64,000 nt of DNA from Chloroflexota bacterium (GCA_963662335.2 CAXXVD010000003.1:320001-384000); one strand, 5' to 3'. Counted from the first letter of the stretch, positions 22,421 to 32,438 are shown. A program made the numbers and translations. Notes: generated by a model not told the origin, from the sequence alone.

Positions 22421-22491
22421 GTTTCGCTCCTGTACGCAGCGCTTAGATACGGTTGACGTTCTCTTGCCAACGCAATTTCCTTGCCAACACG

Positions 22492-22765
22492 CCGTAGCGC
22501 GGGGGCTTGTCCCCCGCATCTGCCACGATTGGCCGACACACCGTAGCGCGGGGCTTGTCCCCCGCATCTACCACGATTGGCCAACGCACCGTAGCGCGGG
22601 GGCTTGTCCCCCGCATCTGCCACGACTGACCAACACACCGTAGCGCGGGGGCTCGTCCCCCGCATCTGCCACGACTGACCAACACACCGTAGCGCGGGGG
22701 CTCGTCCCCCGCATCTGCCACGATTGGCCAGCACGCCGTAGCGCGGGGGCTTGTCCCCCGCATCT
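22492..22765. repeat. Tandem array of six family B REP copies, about 49-bp period
   Basis: CCGTAGCGCGGGGGCT(T/C)GTCCCCCGCATCT plus a nearly constant linker CCACGA(T/C)TG(G/A)CC. Confidence 0.92.
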
Positions 22766-23050
22766 TGCGCGATAGGCACAACACCGTCTTGGCAAGGTGC
22801 TCTTTGCTCAGCCCACAGCTACAAAGTTCTGGCGCGCAGCGTGACGCGAGGCAACGCGCTGCCGCAGGCCATGCCGTCAGCCTGTCGTGCCAAGCCGGTT
22901 TCTGCTATTCTACTCCTTCCGCTGATGACCGAACACGCGCCGGCGCATGGCTCCGGCCTGGAGCCGGGCTGCACGCGCCTTGTGTATAATCACACCGGTA
23001 GTTGCCCCGCTTCCGCCCACATGCCGCGCAACTGAGAAGGAGCTACGCGC

Positions 23051-23836
23051 ATGACTCACATCATGGTACCGGACGGCGTCTTTCCGATTTGGATTTGGGC
23101 ATTGGGCTGGGCAGGCACGGCGGCTTTGGTGGGGGTGATCGTCCTACGCGCGCGGCGTGACGACCTGGCGCAGAAGATTCCCCTGATCGGGGTGATGGCG
23201 GCGGCGATGACGGTCGCCATGTCGTTCGCGCTGGTTCCCATCGCCTATGAACTGCACCTTACGGTCTTGGCGGGTATCTTGCTCGGCCCGCTCTACGGTT
23301 TCATCGCGGGACTCATCTTCATGGTCCTGCGCTGGCTCATGGGTGATGGGGCCGTTACCCTCATCGGCATCAACGCGCTGCTCATGGGCGTGGAGATCGC
23401 CCTGGGCTACTATCTCTTTCGCGGTCTGCTGCGGGCGCTGGCCGCGCGGGCGTCGCTGGCGGGGGGCGTGAGCGCGTTCATCGCCCTGGCGCTGACAACG
23501 GTATTGTTCCTCGGCGTGGTGGCGGCGGCCAACGTAAACCCCTTCCAAGGCGAGATGGGGGAACTGGGCGCGTACGACGTGGAAACGGGCACGCTCCAGG
23601 ATCCTCTTGCGGAGGGACTGGTGGCCTTGCACGTGTTCGAGGGTGAGCATGAGGAGCATGAGGAAGCGCCAACGATCATGGGAGAGTCCCCGTTCTTGGT
23701 CTATGCGCGCGCTGTCTTGCTCCTCGGCCTGATAGGATGGGTGCTGGAAAGCATCGTGGTGGGGCTGATCGTCGGTTTCCTGGCGCGCGTGCGGCGCGAC
23801 CTGGTGCTGCCGGCGCGCGGCCCCGAAACCGCATAG
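23051..23836 (+). CDS. CbiM/NikM-type ECF transporter S component (Co/Ni)
   Basis: HIMVPDG N-terminus, HLTVLAGILLGP, GDGAVTLIGIN. Confidence 0.78.
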   Translation: MTHIMVPDGVFPIWIWALGWAGTAALVGVIVLRARRDDLAQKIPLIGVMAAAMTVAMSFALVPIAYELHLTVLAGILLGPLYGFIAGLIFMVLRWLMGDGAVTLIGINALLMGVEIALGYYLFRGLLRALAARASLAGGVSAFIALALTTVLFLGVVAAANVNPFQGEMGELGAYDVETGTLQDPLAEGLVALHVFEGEHEEHEEAPTIMGESPFLVYARAVLLLGLIGWVLESIVVGLIVGFLARVRRDLVLPARGPETA

Positions 23837-23854
23837 GTGACGTTCGCTCACCCG

Positions 23855-24030
23855 GTAGGGGCACGACGTGTCGTGCCCCTACGCCGGCGGCGTTGAGAGG
23901 GCGCTACGCTAATGGACAGTGCGTAGGTTTGCAAACCTGCGCCGCTATACGTTCAAGACGTAAATCTCGGCTCATTTCAGGCGAGAGCGCCGGAGCAAAC
24001 GCCTCCCAGGCGGGGGCTTGTCCCCCGCTT
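23855..24030. repeat. GTAG-REP variants between the cbiM-like and cbiQ-like genes
   Basis: GTAGGGGCACGACGTGTCGTGCCCCTAC, GTAGGTTTGCAAACCTGC, GCGGGGGCTTGTCCCCCGC. Confidence 0.75.
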
Positions 24031-24098
24031 CTTGGCGCCGTTCCGGCCGCGGGCCGCGCGCCTGCGCGGAGTGACCGTATCCAGAGGTCCCGACGATT

Positions 24099-24983
24099 AT
24101 GGACATAGGCGCCGTTGACCTTTGGGCAACCCACTACCGCAGTTGGCTCCACCGCGCCACACTGGCGGCCAAAGTGGCGCTGGTCGCGGCGGTGCTGCTC
24201 ACCGTCATGCTGGCGGACCACGCCCTGCTCGTGCTCGCGGCCTACGCGCTCGTGCTGGCATTGCTGCTCACCACGCCGCTGCCGGCGTACACGCTGAGCG
24301 CAACCTCGCTCTACACCGTGCTCTTCGTGGCCGTCTTTGCCATTTCGCGCTGGGACGGCACGTGGCTCACGCCGCTCACCATCATCGCCAAAGCGCCGAC
24401 CATGGCGCTGGCCGTCCTGCTGCTGGTAACCACCACGCCCTATCCGCGCATCTTCGGGCTGCTCGGGCGCTGCTTGCCCGGTCTGGTGGCTGAAAGCTTG
24501 CTGCTGGCGTACCGGGCGGTCTTCGTCTTGTTGGAACTTACGCGGCGTCTGGCGCTGGCGCTGCGTTTGCGCGGCGGTCTGGGCGGCTCCCCCTGGCAGC
24601 GCGCGCGGAACCTGAGCCTGGGGCTGGGTCTGGTCTTCGTGCACAGCATGGACTACGCGCAGCGCCTCTACACGGTCATGCGGCTGCGGGGCTATGACGG
24701 CCGCCTGGCCGCCGCGCCCCATCAGGAGACTTCACGTCGCCATTCCGAACGAGGCCCCACCGCTTTCCGTCATTCCGGCGAAAGCCGGAATCCATCTTTT
24801 CCCATCAACCGGAACGACGCGCCGCTCCTCGCCGTCGCGATTCTCGTCGTCGCCAGCGCGCTCGCCGTCCGCGCCAGCGGGGCCGCCTGGCCCATGTACG
24901 GGTTAGGGTTGCTCAGCGTGCTCGCCCTGGCGGGCGCACAATGCTATCGCATGTTCCGCCCCACAATTGCCTCCGGTGGGTGA
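24099..24983 (+). CDS. CbiQ/EcfT-type ECF transmembrane component
   Basis: SWLHRATLAAK, TTPYPRI, LAYR, RLYTVMRLRGYDG. Confidence 0.8.
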   Translation: MDIGAVDLWATHYRSWLHRATLAAKVALVAAVLLTVMLADHALLVLAAYALVLALLLTTPLPAYTLSATSLYTVLFVAVFAISRWDGTWLTPLTIIAKAPTMALAVLLLVTTTPYPRIFGLLGRCLPGLVAESLLLAYRAVFVLLELTRRLALALRLRGGLGGSPWQRARNLSLGLGLVFVHSMDYAQRLYTVMRLRGYDGRLAAAPHQETSRRHSERGPTAFRHSGESRNPSFPINRNDAPLLAVAILVVASALAVRASGAAWPMYGLGLLSVLALAGAQCYRMFRPTIASGG

Positions 24984-25159
24984 CCCGTCCCCGTGGTTGG
25001 CCGCGTCCCCAGGCTGCCGGGAGAGCGCCAAGCGCCGCGGGCTAGGGCAAACCGCCAAGTAGACAAAGGGCCGCTTATTTGGTCAAATAGGAGCAGCCCG
25101 GAAACGGGCAGCGTGAGAAATCTGCCGCCACGCCCAAGTCGAGAGTCCGCACCCCCAAC

Positions 25160-26050
25160 ATGCGACTGCACCAACACATAGCCATCGTCACCGGCGCCGC
25201 GCATAATATCGGCCGCGCCATCGCCCGGCGCTTCGCCGCTGAGGGCGCGCAAGTCCTGATTGCCGATATTCAGGACGAGGCGGGTAAGGCGGTGGCGGCG
25301 TCGATTCGCGCCGACGGCGGCGAGGCGTCGTTCTTCCATGCCGACGTGGGCACGCTGGACGGTAACCGCACCATGGTGGACGCGGCGGCGGAACGTTACG
25401 GCGGCGTCACCATCCTGGTCAACAACGCCCATTGGGAGCGGCGGGGTTCGATCGAGGAACTGAGCGAGGAGGATTGGGACGCCAGCTTCGACGTGCTGCT
25501 CAAAGCGCCGTTTCTGGCAAGCAAGTATGCCGTGCCCCACATGCGCGCGGCCGGCGGCGGCGCGATTCTCAATCTCAGTTCGGTGCACGGCTTCCAGGTA
25601 AGCCCCGGCTACCCCACCTACGAGACCGCCAAGGCCGCCCTCATCCAGCTTACCAAGCAGATGGCGCTGGACCTCGGCAGCGACGGCATCCGCGTCAACG
25701 CGATCGCGCCGGGCGCCATTCCGTCGGACGAGATGCGCGAAGAGAACGCGGACGACCCCACCTGGCGCGAGCGCAATGTCCTCTGGAACATCCTGCCCAC
25801 CGTTGGGCGCGCTGAGGATATTGCCCAAGGCGCGCTCTATCTCTGCTCGGCAGACGCGCGTTTCGTTACGGGGCACACCCTGCTGATCGACGGCGGCTTC
25901 CTGCTCGGCTTCAAGGGCCTGGGCGGCACGCGCGCGCAGGAGTTCCTGCAACGCCACCCGGACTACATGGACTACGATCTCGCGCGGCCGCTGGGACCCG
26001 GGGCGGTGGACAAGACGCCTGGAGCACAAAGCGACGATGACACGGAGTAG
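25160..26050 (+). CDS. SDR-family oxidoreductase
   Basis: TGAAHNIG, NNA, YETAK, IRVNAIAPG. Confidence 0.9.
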   Translation: MRLHQHIAIVTGAAHNIGRAIARRFAAEGAQVLIADIQDEAGKAVAASIRADGGEASFFHADVGTLDGNRTMVDAAAERYGGVTILVNNAHWERRGSIEELSEEDWDASFDVLLKAPFLASKYAVPHMRAAGGGAILNLSSVHGFQVSPGYPTYETAKAALIQLTKQMALDLGSDGIRVNAIAPGAIPSDEMREENADDPTWRERNVLWNILPTVGRAEDIAQGALYLCSADARFVTGHTLLIDGGFLLGFKGLGGTRAQEFLQRHPDYMDYDLARPLGPGAVDKTPGAQSDDDTE

Positions 26051-26122
26051 TCCGCCGTACGGTCGCGCTCATACCCGCGTACCGCCGCGCGCGCGCGCCG
26101 CCAAGAGAAAGGACGCTTGCGC

Positions 26123-26947
26123 ATGAATGCCGACGCCAGTCCCGTGTTGATTGCCGACGGGTTCGGCTTTCCCGAAGGCCCGTCGTTCGACCGCGCGGGC
26201 AGTTTATACGTCATGGAGTGCGACGCCGGCCGCATCAGCAAGGTGACGCAGGACGGGCGCGTGGAGGTCTTTGCGGAGACTGGCGGCGTGCCCTGCGGTT
26301 CACGCCTGCGCCACGACGGCAACCTGATCGTGGCGGAAAACGGCCTGGCGCAGATTCTCGACTTTGCGCCGGACGGGACGTGGTCGGTGGTGGCGGAGAC
26401 CTTTAATGACAAGCCGTTTCGCGGGCCGAACGACCTGATTCTCGATAGCCGCGGCAATTGCTACTTCACCGATCCCAAAGGCTCGACGCTGGAGAAACCG
26501 GTAGGGCGCGTCTTCCGCGTGGCGGCGGACGGCGCGGTGTCGATCTTTGCCGTGGGCCTGGCGTTTCCCAACGGCATCTGCCTCTCCGCCGATGGGGAGA
26601 CGCTCTACGTGGCGGAGACCTTCACCCGCCGCATCCACGCCTTCACGTTGAATCCCGACGGCAGCGCCAAGAACCGCAGCCAATTCGCCCAGATGGAAGG
26701 CGGCGTGGGGCCGGACGGCATGGACTTCGGCGCGGACGGCAATCTCTACGTGGCCCACTACGGCAAGGGCGCGGTGGCGGTGATCGCGCCTACCGGCGAG
26801 GTGCGCGCCGAACTGCCCGTGCCGGGCAAGAATCCGACGAACGTTGCCTTCTGGGAAGACGCGCTCTACGTGACGGAAACCGAGACCGGCGCGGTCTACC
26901 GGCTGGACGTCGGCGTGGCGGGGCAGCCGCTCTATGGCTCGCGCTAG
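26123..26947 (+). CDS. SMP-30/gluconolactonase family protein
   Basis: FPEGP, GPND, YFTDP, FPNGI, GPDGM, PTNVAF. Confidence 0.9.
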   Translation: MNADASPVLIADGFGFPEGPSFDRAGSLYVMECDAGRISKVTQDGRVEVFAETGGVPCGSRLRHDGNLIVAENGLAQILDFAPDGTWSVVAETFNDKPFRGPNDLILDSRGNCYFTDPKGSTLEKPVGRVFRVAADGAVSIFAVGLAFPNGICLSADGETLYVAETFTRRIHAFTLNPDGSAKNRSQFAQMEGGVGPDGMDFGADGNLYVAHYGKGAVAVIAPTGEVRAELPVPGKNPTNVAFWEDALYVTETETGAVYRLDVGVAGQPLYGSR

Positions 26948-26955
26948 GCAAGCCC

Positions 26956-28170
26956 ATGTCCCGCACGCACCTCGACGCCGCCTTCATCGGCGGGCCGCAG
27001 TACGACGCGCTCTATGAACGCCTGCCGCAATTCGAGCAAGAGTCCGGCTACACGGTCAACGTCCACGCGCAACTGCCGCATCCGGCGCTGAACGCGCACC
27101 TGGACGAGGTCTATAGCGGCGGCGCAGGCCGCTACGACGTGATCTCAACTCACGTCAAGTACGCCCCGGCGCAACAGGCGTGGCTGCTGCCGCTGGACGG
27201 TCACGTTGCCGCTGCCGACCTAGCGGACTTCTCGCCGGCCCTGCTCAAGCTGGCGCGGGTCAATGGCGCGCTTTTGCAGATTCCGCGCAACGTGGACGCC
27301 CGCCTGCTCTTCTACCGCCGCGACCTGCTGGAAGACCCGGCGGAGCGGGCGCGTTTCCAACGCCAGTACGGCCGTGAACTGCGCGTGCCGCGGACCTGGG
27401 ACGAGGTGCGGGACGCGGCGACGTTCTTCACCCGCCCGCCGGACCTGTTTGGCTTTGCCTTTCCCGGCCGTTCGTCGGGCTTGTTCGGGACGTTCTTCGA
27501 GTTGGCGGCCATGGCCGGCGGGACGCTGTTCGACGAGCGGCTCGAACCGTCGTTCAACACCCGCGCCGGCCGCTGGGCGCTCGGCTTCCTGGCCGACCTC
27601 TACCAGCAGGGACTGACGCCCCGCGACCTGGACGCGACCTATTTCGATGAAGTTTCCCAACTCTTTCGCGACGGCAAATGCGCGCTGGCCGCCGACTGGC
27701 CGGCCTACTACAGCCTCTTGACCGATCCCGGCGCCAGCGCGGTGGCGGACAAATTCGGCGCGGCGCTCTATCCGCTGGGGCCGGCGGGCACACGCGCCGT
27801 CTACGCCGGCGGCCACACGTTCGCGATCCCCGCCACTGTAAAAGACATGGACGGCGCGCTGGCGCTCGTGCGCTTTCTCACCGCCCCGGAGAGCCAATAT
27901 CTGGAGGCGCGGCAGGGCGCAATCGTGCCGCGCCACGCGGTCATGGCGCGCGTACGCGCTGAGACCGCCCCCGGCACGGTGCACGCGCAGCGACTGGCGC
28001 TCCTGGAAGAGACGATCCAGAAACACATGCTGACGTTCCCGCAGTTCGCCGCCTACCCGGGGGTGGAGGAGATTTGCGCGGAGACGCTGCAAGCGGCCAT
28101 TCGCGGCCAGGTGATGCTGCCCCGCGCGCTCGCGTACATGGAAGAGCAGGCGCGCGCGCTGCTGGCGTGA
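26956..28170 (+). CDS. Sugar ABC solute-binding-fold protein without an evident signal peptide
   Basis: LFYRRDLL, VPRTWDE, FRDGKCAL, YAGGHTFAI. Confidence 0.78.
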   Translation: MSRTHLDAAFIGGPQYDALYERLPQFEQESGYTVNVHAQLPHPALNAHLDEVYSGGAGRYDVISTHVKYAPAQQAWLLPLDGHVAAADLADFSPALLKLARVNGALLQIPRNVDARLLFYRRDLLEDPAERARFQRQYGRELRVPRTWDEVRDAATFFTRPPDLFGFAFPGRSSGLFGTFFELAAMAGGTLFDERLEPSFNTRAGRWALGFLADLYQQGLTPRDLDATYFDEVSQLFRDGKCALAADWPAYYSLLTDPGASAVADKFGAALYPLGPAGTRAVYAGGHTFAIPATVKDMDGALALVRFLTAPESQYLEARQGAIVPRHAVMARVRAETAPGTVHAQRLALLEETIQKHMLTFPQFAAYPGVEEICAETLQAAIRGQVMLPRALAYMEEQARALLA

Positions 28171-28259
28171 TGTCGAGGCGGGCGTGGTATCATAGCAGCG
28201 CGATGTATGCTCCGCGTCACGCCGCTTCGCCACAGCACGCCGCTCCGAGCGAAACTGAA

Positions 28260-28418
28260 TGTGATTCCGAGCCGAACCGCGTGTCATTCCGAGCACGGCT
28301 GCACGTCATTCCGAGCGCGACTGCATGTCATTCCGAGCGCAGCGAGGAATCTAGTGTCGTTACGGCAGGCGGTCCAAAGTCACTACACCCTAGATTCCTC
28401 GCTGCGCTCGGAATGACA
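28260..28418. repeat. Family A element preceded by three tandem partial left arms
   Basis: GT(G/C)ATTCCGAGC four times at about 22-bp spacing, the last opening a full palindrome. Confidence 0.85.
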
Positions 28419-28517
28419 GGGTGAGAGACGGTTAGTCCTAATCGATCCAAGAAACAAAAACGGTGAGTAGACTTAGCGGGTAATCTTGGTAGGTAGTCTT
28501 TGAAGAAAGGTATTGCC

Positions 28518-29366
28518 ATGGCAGACATCAAGGTTGGCGTGCGGCTCATTTGCCTGCACACGCCGGGACCGGCGGGGTTGGAGACGGCGGCGGAGATCGG
28601 CGCGGACAGCGTGCAGTTGACGGTAGGGCACGGCGAGTACGCTCCGGAGGAACTTGACGCGGCCGGCATCGAGGACGTGCGGCGGCGCGTGCAAGACCTC
28701 GGCATGGTGATTTCGGCTACGGATGGCGGCCTGGGCGACTTTGGCGACGCGGATTCGATGGCCGAGCTCGTGGAGAAGACCAAGCGCCTGCTCGACCACA
28801 CCCGCGCTCTGGGCGCGCCGGCCCTCACCAGCCACATCGGCATCGTGCCCAAAGACCCCAACGCGCCCCGGCGGCAGGTCTTCCGCCAGGCAATGGAGGA
28901 AATCGGCAAGCACGCCGAGCAGACCGGCATCTACTTCGGCATCGAGACCGGACCGGAACCGCCGGCCGTGCTGCTGGATCTCATCAATTCGCTTGACACC
29001 GGCGGCATCAAGATCAACCTCGATCCGGCGAACTTCATCATCTGGCCGGCGCGCATTGCCAACAACGAGGGACGTCCCTATGACCGCGCGGCGGCCTTTG
29101 CCGAATCCGATCCCCATGAGGCAGTCTACACGCTGCGCGACCACATCATCCATACCCACGTCAAGGATGCCCGCGTGGCAGAAGGCGAAAAAGGCGAGAC
29201 GCCGGTGGGCCAGGGCTGGATCGACTGGCCGCGCTACCTCAAGTCGTACCGGGACATCGGCTTCACGGGCTACCACTGCATCGAGCGCGAGGCCGGCGAG
29301 AAGCGCGTGGAAGAGACCCGCGAGGCCATCGCTTTCGTGCGCCGGACGTGGCAAGAGTTGGATTAA
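28518..29366 (+). CDS. Sugar phosphate isomerase/epimerase (TIM barrel)
   Basis: IETGPE, NLDPAN, HTHVKD, GQGWIDW, IERE. Confidence 0.85.
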   Translation: MADIKVGVRLICLHTPGPAGLETAAEIGADSVQLTVGHGEYAPEELDAAGIEDVRRRVQDLGMVISATDGGLGDFGDADSMAELVEKTKRLLDHTRALGAPALTSHIGIVPKDPNAPRRQVFRQAMEEIGKHAEQTGIYFGIETGPEPPAVLLDLINSLDTGGIKINLDPANFIIWPARIANNEGRPYDRAAAFAESDPHEAVYTLRDHIIHTHVKDARVAEGEKGETPVGQGWIDWPRYLKSYRDIGFTGYHCIEREAGEKRVEETREAIAFVRRTWQELD

Positions 29367-29423
29367 GTATCTCGAAATAAGCTAAGGTGCGCTTGCTGGC
29401 GCCCCATTGCGCCTCGGTACCGG

Positions 29424-29650
29424 CCGTAGCGCGGGGGCTTGTCCCCCGCTTCTCGGCGCAATATGTAAGCTACCTGAGGCAAAGAGCTTAGAGGCATCCC
29501 GCATTTGCATCAGCGCGCCAAAACGTGCTTCGACAAGCTCAGCACGAACGGGTTGGCCGCTGGGCTGTTCGCTACGAACGGGTTGGCCGCTGGGCTGTTC
29601 GCTACGAACGGGCGCCTTGGTCTCCGTTCGCCCTGAGCCTGTCGAAGGGC
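29424..29650. repeat. Family B REP plus an inverted family C pair enclosing a 30-bp tandem duplication
   Basis: CTTCGACAAGCTCAGCACGAACGG ... CCGTTCGCCCTGAGCCTGTCGAAG; GTTGGCCGCTGGGCTGTTCGCTACGAACGG twice. Confidence 0.8.
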
Positions 29651-29700
29651 AGGCCTGCGCAGGCAAGGGCCCAGTGAACGCATTCTAGCAGTCGCGTTGC

Positions 29701-31194
29701 ATGAATATACTCACGACCGTACTGGCGCTGGGCGGCGCTTTGGGGCTGACGATGCTGCTGAGCGCATTGCTGCTGCGCCTCTTTCCCCGTTTTACGTCCC
29801 GCCACGTCAAGCCGGTGGTGCAGAGCAAAGACCACGAAGACCTGCCCAGCCTGCGCTTGCCCAACGTCGGCGGCGTCGCGCTCGTGATAACGCTCTGGTG
29901 CCTTGGCGGCGTCTGGCGGGTCGTCTGGCCGGAGACGAGCGCCGTTCTGCTGCCCTTGATTGCGCTGGCCACGCTCTTCGGCGCGCTGGGTTTCGTGGAC
30001 GACTGGCTCAAGTGGCGGCGGGGCAGCGGCATCGGCGAGGGGACCTACCTGCTCGGCCACGCCGTCATGGCTCTGGCGACCGTGGCGGCGCTCTCTTGGT
30101 GGCCGGGCGGGTTTGCGCAGGACGCGGCGCAGGGCGGCCGCGTCCTGCACGCCCTCAACGTGGCCGGCGGCCTGGGTCTCGGCCTGACTCTCTTCTGGCT
30201 CTTTGCCCTCACCTTTGGCTCGGCTTTCTCGGTGGCCGTGAGCGACGGCATCGACGGTCTGACCGCCGGCATGGCGACAATCGCCGGCGCCGGCATGTTG
30301 GTGTCGCTTATCATCCGCGAAGCGGACGGCGCGTCGCTTGCCTTTGGCGCGGCGCTCCTGGGCGTGAGCATTGGGCTGCTGCTCCTCAATCTGCCCTCGG
30401 ACTGGTCGTCCACCGGCAGCGTGCCGCGGCGGGCGCGCATCTACCTGGGCGATAGCGGCGCGGTGGCGCTGGGCGGCGCGTTCGCGGCGCTGGCACTCTA
30501 TAGCGGCGCGGACGCGGTCTGGCTCTTCGTCGGCGGCGTCTTCCTGCTGGACGGCGGTTCCGGCTTCGTGCAGGCCAAAGTGGTCACGCCCTTCTGCCGC
30601 CGCTTCCTGCGCCTGCGGCGCTATGCCGGCACGCCCCACTTCGTGCCCCATACCGAATTTCCGCTGCCGTTCACGGCCACGCCGCTGCACCACCACTTCG
30701 AGATGCTGGGCATCGGCCGCTTGCGCGTGGTCTGGCTCTTCTGGGCGGCCGGCGTCCTGGCGGCGGTCAGCGGCATCGCCGTGGCCGCCTTTCCCGCGTT
30801 CCACCTGGCCCCGGTGGGCGGCGCGCTGCTGCTCTACGCGGCGTTGATCGGCGGCGCGACGTGGACGGCGGGACGCTTTCTTGGCGTGGTGAAGTCGGAT
30901 AACGGAATTGAAGTCCTGGCCGTCTGCGGCGGCCGCCCCTACACGGTCTTTGGCCGGCCGCTCTACCGGGTCGTGGAACTGACAACCACGCCGCCGCCGT
31001 CTACGCGGGAGCGGCACGCGCTCGCCCTCTGGCAGCCCGGCAACCGCTGGGACGTGCAGGCGAACCTGGCCTACGCCCAAGCGCTGGCGGGAGACGACGA
31101 TGCGGCGCGAGAAACCTGGCGGCGCATCCCGGAGGCCAGCCGCAAATTGCGCGCCGGCCACCCGGTAGCGGCGGCTCTGCACGGATGCGCGTAA
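29701..31194 (+). CDS. MraY-like polyprenyl-phosphate HexNAc-1-phosphate transferase with a C-terminal extension
   Basis: PNVGG, GFVDDW, SDGIDGL, YLGDSG, TPLHHHFEMLG. Confidence 0.75.
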   Translation: MNILTTVLALGGALGLTMLLSALLLRLFPRFTSRHVKPVVQSKDHEDLPSLRLPNVGGVALVITLWCLGGVWRVVWPETSAVLLPLIALATLFGALGFVDDWLKWRRGSGIGEGTYLLGHAVMALATVAALSWWPGGFAQDAAQGGRVLHALNVAGGLGLGLTLFWLFALTFGSAFSVAVSDGIDGLTAGMATIAGAGMLVSLIIREADGASLAFGAALLGVSIGLLLLNLPSDWSSTGSVPRRARIYLGDSGAVALGGAFAALALYSGADAVWLFVGGVFLLDGGSGFVQAKVVTPFCRRFLRLRRYAGTPHFVPHTEFPLPFTATPLHHHFEMLGIGRLRVVWLFWAAGVLAAVSGIAVAAFPAFHLAPVGGALLLYAALIGGATWTAGRFLGVVKSDNGIEVLAVCGGRPYTVFGRPLYRVVELTTTPPPSTRERHALALWQPGNRWDVQANLAYAQALAGDDDAARETWRRIPEASRKLRAGHPVAAALHGCA

Positions 31195-31219
31195 CGCGGC
31201 GACCTTACCGCGACGTTCT

Positions 31220-31650
31220 TGTCATTCTGAGGAGCGCAGCGACGAAGAATCTACGGCCCGGTGACTCGTAGATTCCTCGCTGCGCTCGGAATGACATTGC
31301 CTTTCTTCCGTCCTTGCCACTACTTCCGTCCTTGCCACTACTTCCGTCCTAGCCATTACTTTCTTCTTTGCCATTACATCCATGCACATCACTCGCCCGC
31401 CCTTGTCGTTCGCCTGCCCTTGTCATCGCCTACCCTTGTCGTTCGCCCGCCCTTGTCGTTCGCCTACCCTTGTCATCGCCTACCCTTGTCGTTCGCCTGC
31501 CCTTGTCGTTCGCCCGCCCTTGTCGTTCGCCTACCCTTGTCATCGCATCCGTTCTTGTCATTGCTTTCTAGCTTGTCATTCTGAGGAGCGCAGCGACGAA
31601 GAATCTACCGCCCGGCCACACGTAGATTCCTCGCTGCGCTCGGAATGACA
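31220..31650. repeat. Two near-identical family A elements enclosing 18-bp and 17-bp tandem arrays
   Basis: Elements 31220-31296 and 31574-31650; CTTCCGTCCTTGCCACTA about 3 times; CCCTTGTC(G/A)T(T)CGCC about 9 times. Confidence 0.85.
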
Positions 31651-31760
31651 TTGCCGTGCGATTCAGTTTATGTTCGTTGTCTAGCTGCTTAATGCCGCCC
31701 GTGGTGGTATCATACACGGCAGGTTGCGCATGTGGGGCCAGCGCCTTAAGGAGGCTAGCA

Positions 31761-32438
31761 ATGCAAATCCGTTCCATAAACGGTCTTGGCGGGCTTGCGC
31801 TCATCATCGGGCCGGTCGTGACCGTGGTCGCCTTTCTCTTCCAGCCGGGCGGCATGCTCATCGCCAGCGCCGAGGCCAGCGACGCCGCCGGGTCGATTGC
31901 GGCGTCGGTGGAAAATCGCGCCCTCGCCAACTTCACGTCCCTCCTGATAGCCGCGTGCCTCACCTTGACGCTCTTCGGCTTTCACATATTGCTGCGGGGC
32001 GTCCGGGGCGGCGGCATCGGGCGGGTGTCGGCGCACTTCGGCTACCTGATGCTCACCGTCGGCGTCTTTGGCTGGATTCTGATGCAGGGCCTGGAACTGG
32101 GCATGACCCATGAGACCGCCCAGCCCGCCACGGCGATCTTTGCCGTGCAGTTCAGCATGGGCCTGATTGCCGGCCTGGCCGTTGCCCTGGGCTTCTTGCT
32201 GTTGAGCCTTGGCCTGCCCGCCCAGGGGCGGAACGGCAGACCGGTGGCGTTGGCAATCGTCGTCGTTTCCGCAATTGCGCTCGTGAGCCAGGTGGTCGGC
32301 ATCAGCGATCCCGGCCTCTACGACACCATGGTGACCGTCACCCGCGCGTGCTACTTTCTCTGGGTAGCCTGGAGCGCGTTTCTTGGCGCGCAGTTGCTGC
32401 GGCAGAGCGAGTTTGGCGCCGCCGGCGAAGGCGACTGA
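31761..32438 (+). CDS. Hypothetical multi-pass membrane protein
   Basis: AAGGAGG RBS; about six hydrophobic segments. Confidence 0.7.
   Translation: MQIRSINGLGGLALIIGPVVTVVAFLFQPGGMLIASAEASDAAGSIAASVENRALANFTSLLIAACLTLTLFGFHILLRGVRGGGIGRVSAHFGYLMLTVGVFGWILMQGLELGMTHETAQPATAIFAVQFSMGLIAGLAVALGFLLLSLGLPAQGRNGRPVALAIVVVSAIALVSQVVGISDPGLYDTMVTVTRACYFLWVAWSAFLGAQLLRQSEFGAAGEGD

Noticed and set aside
22492-22765. CRISPR array
   Set aside because: Linkers are near-identical to each other, the repeat is dispersed across the window as a REP, and no cas genes are present.
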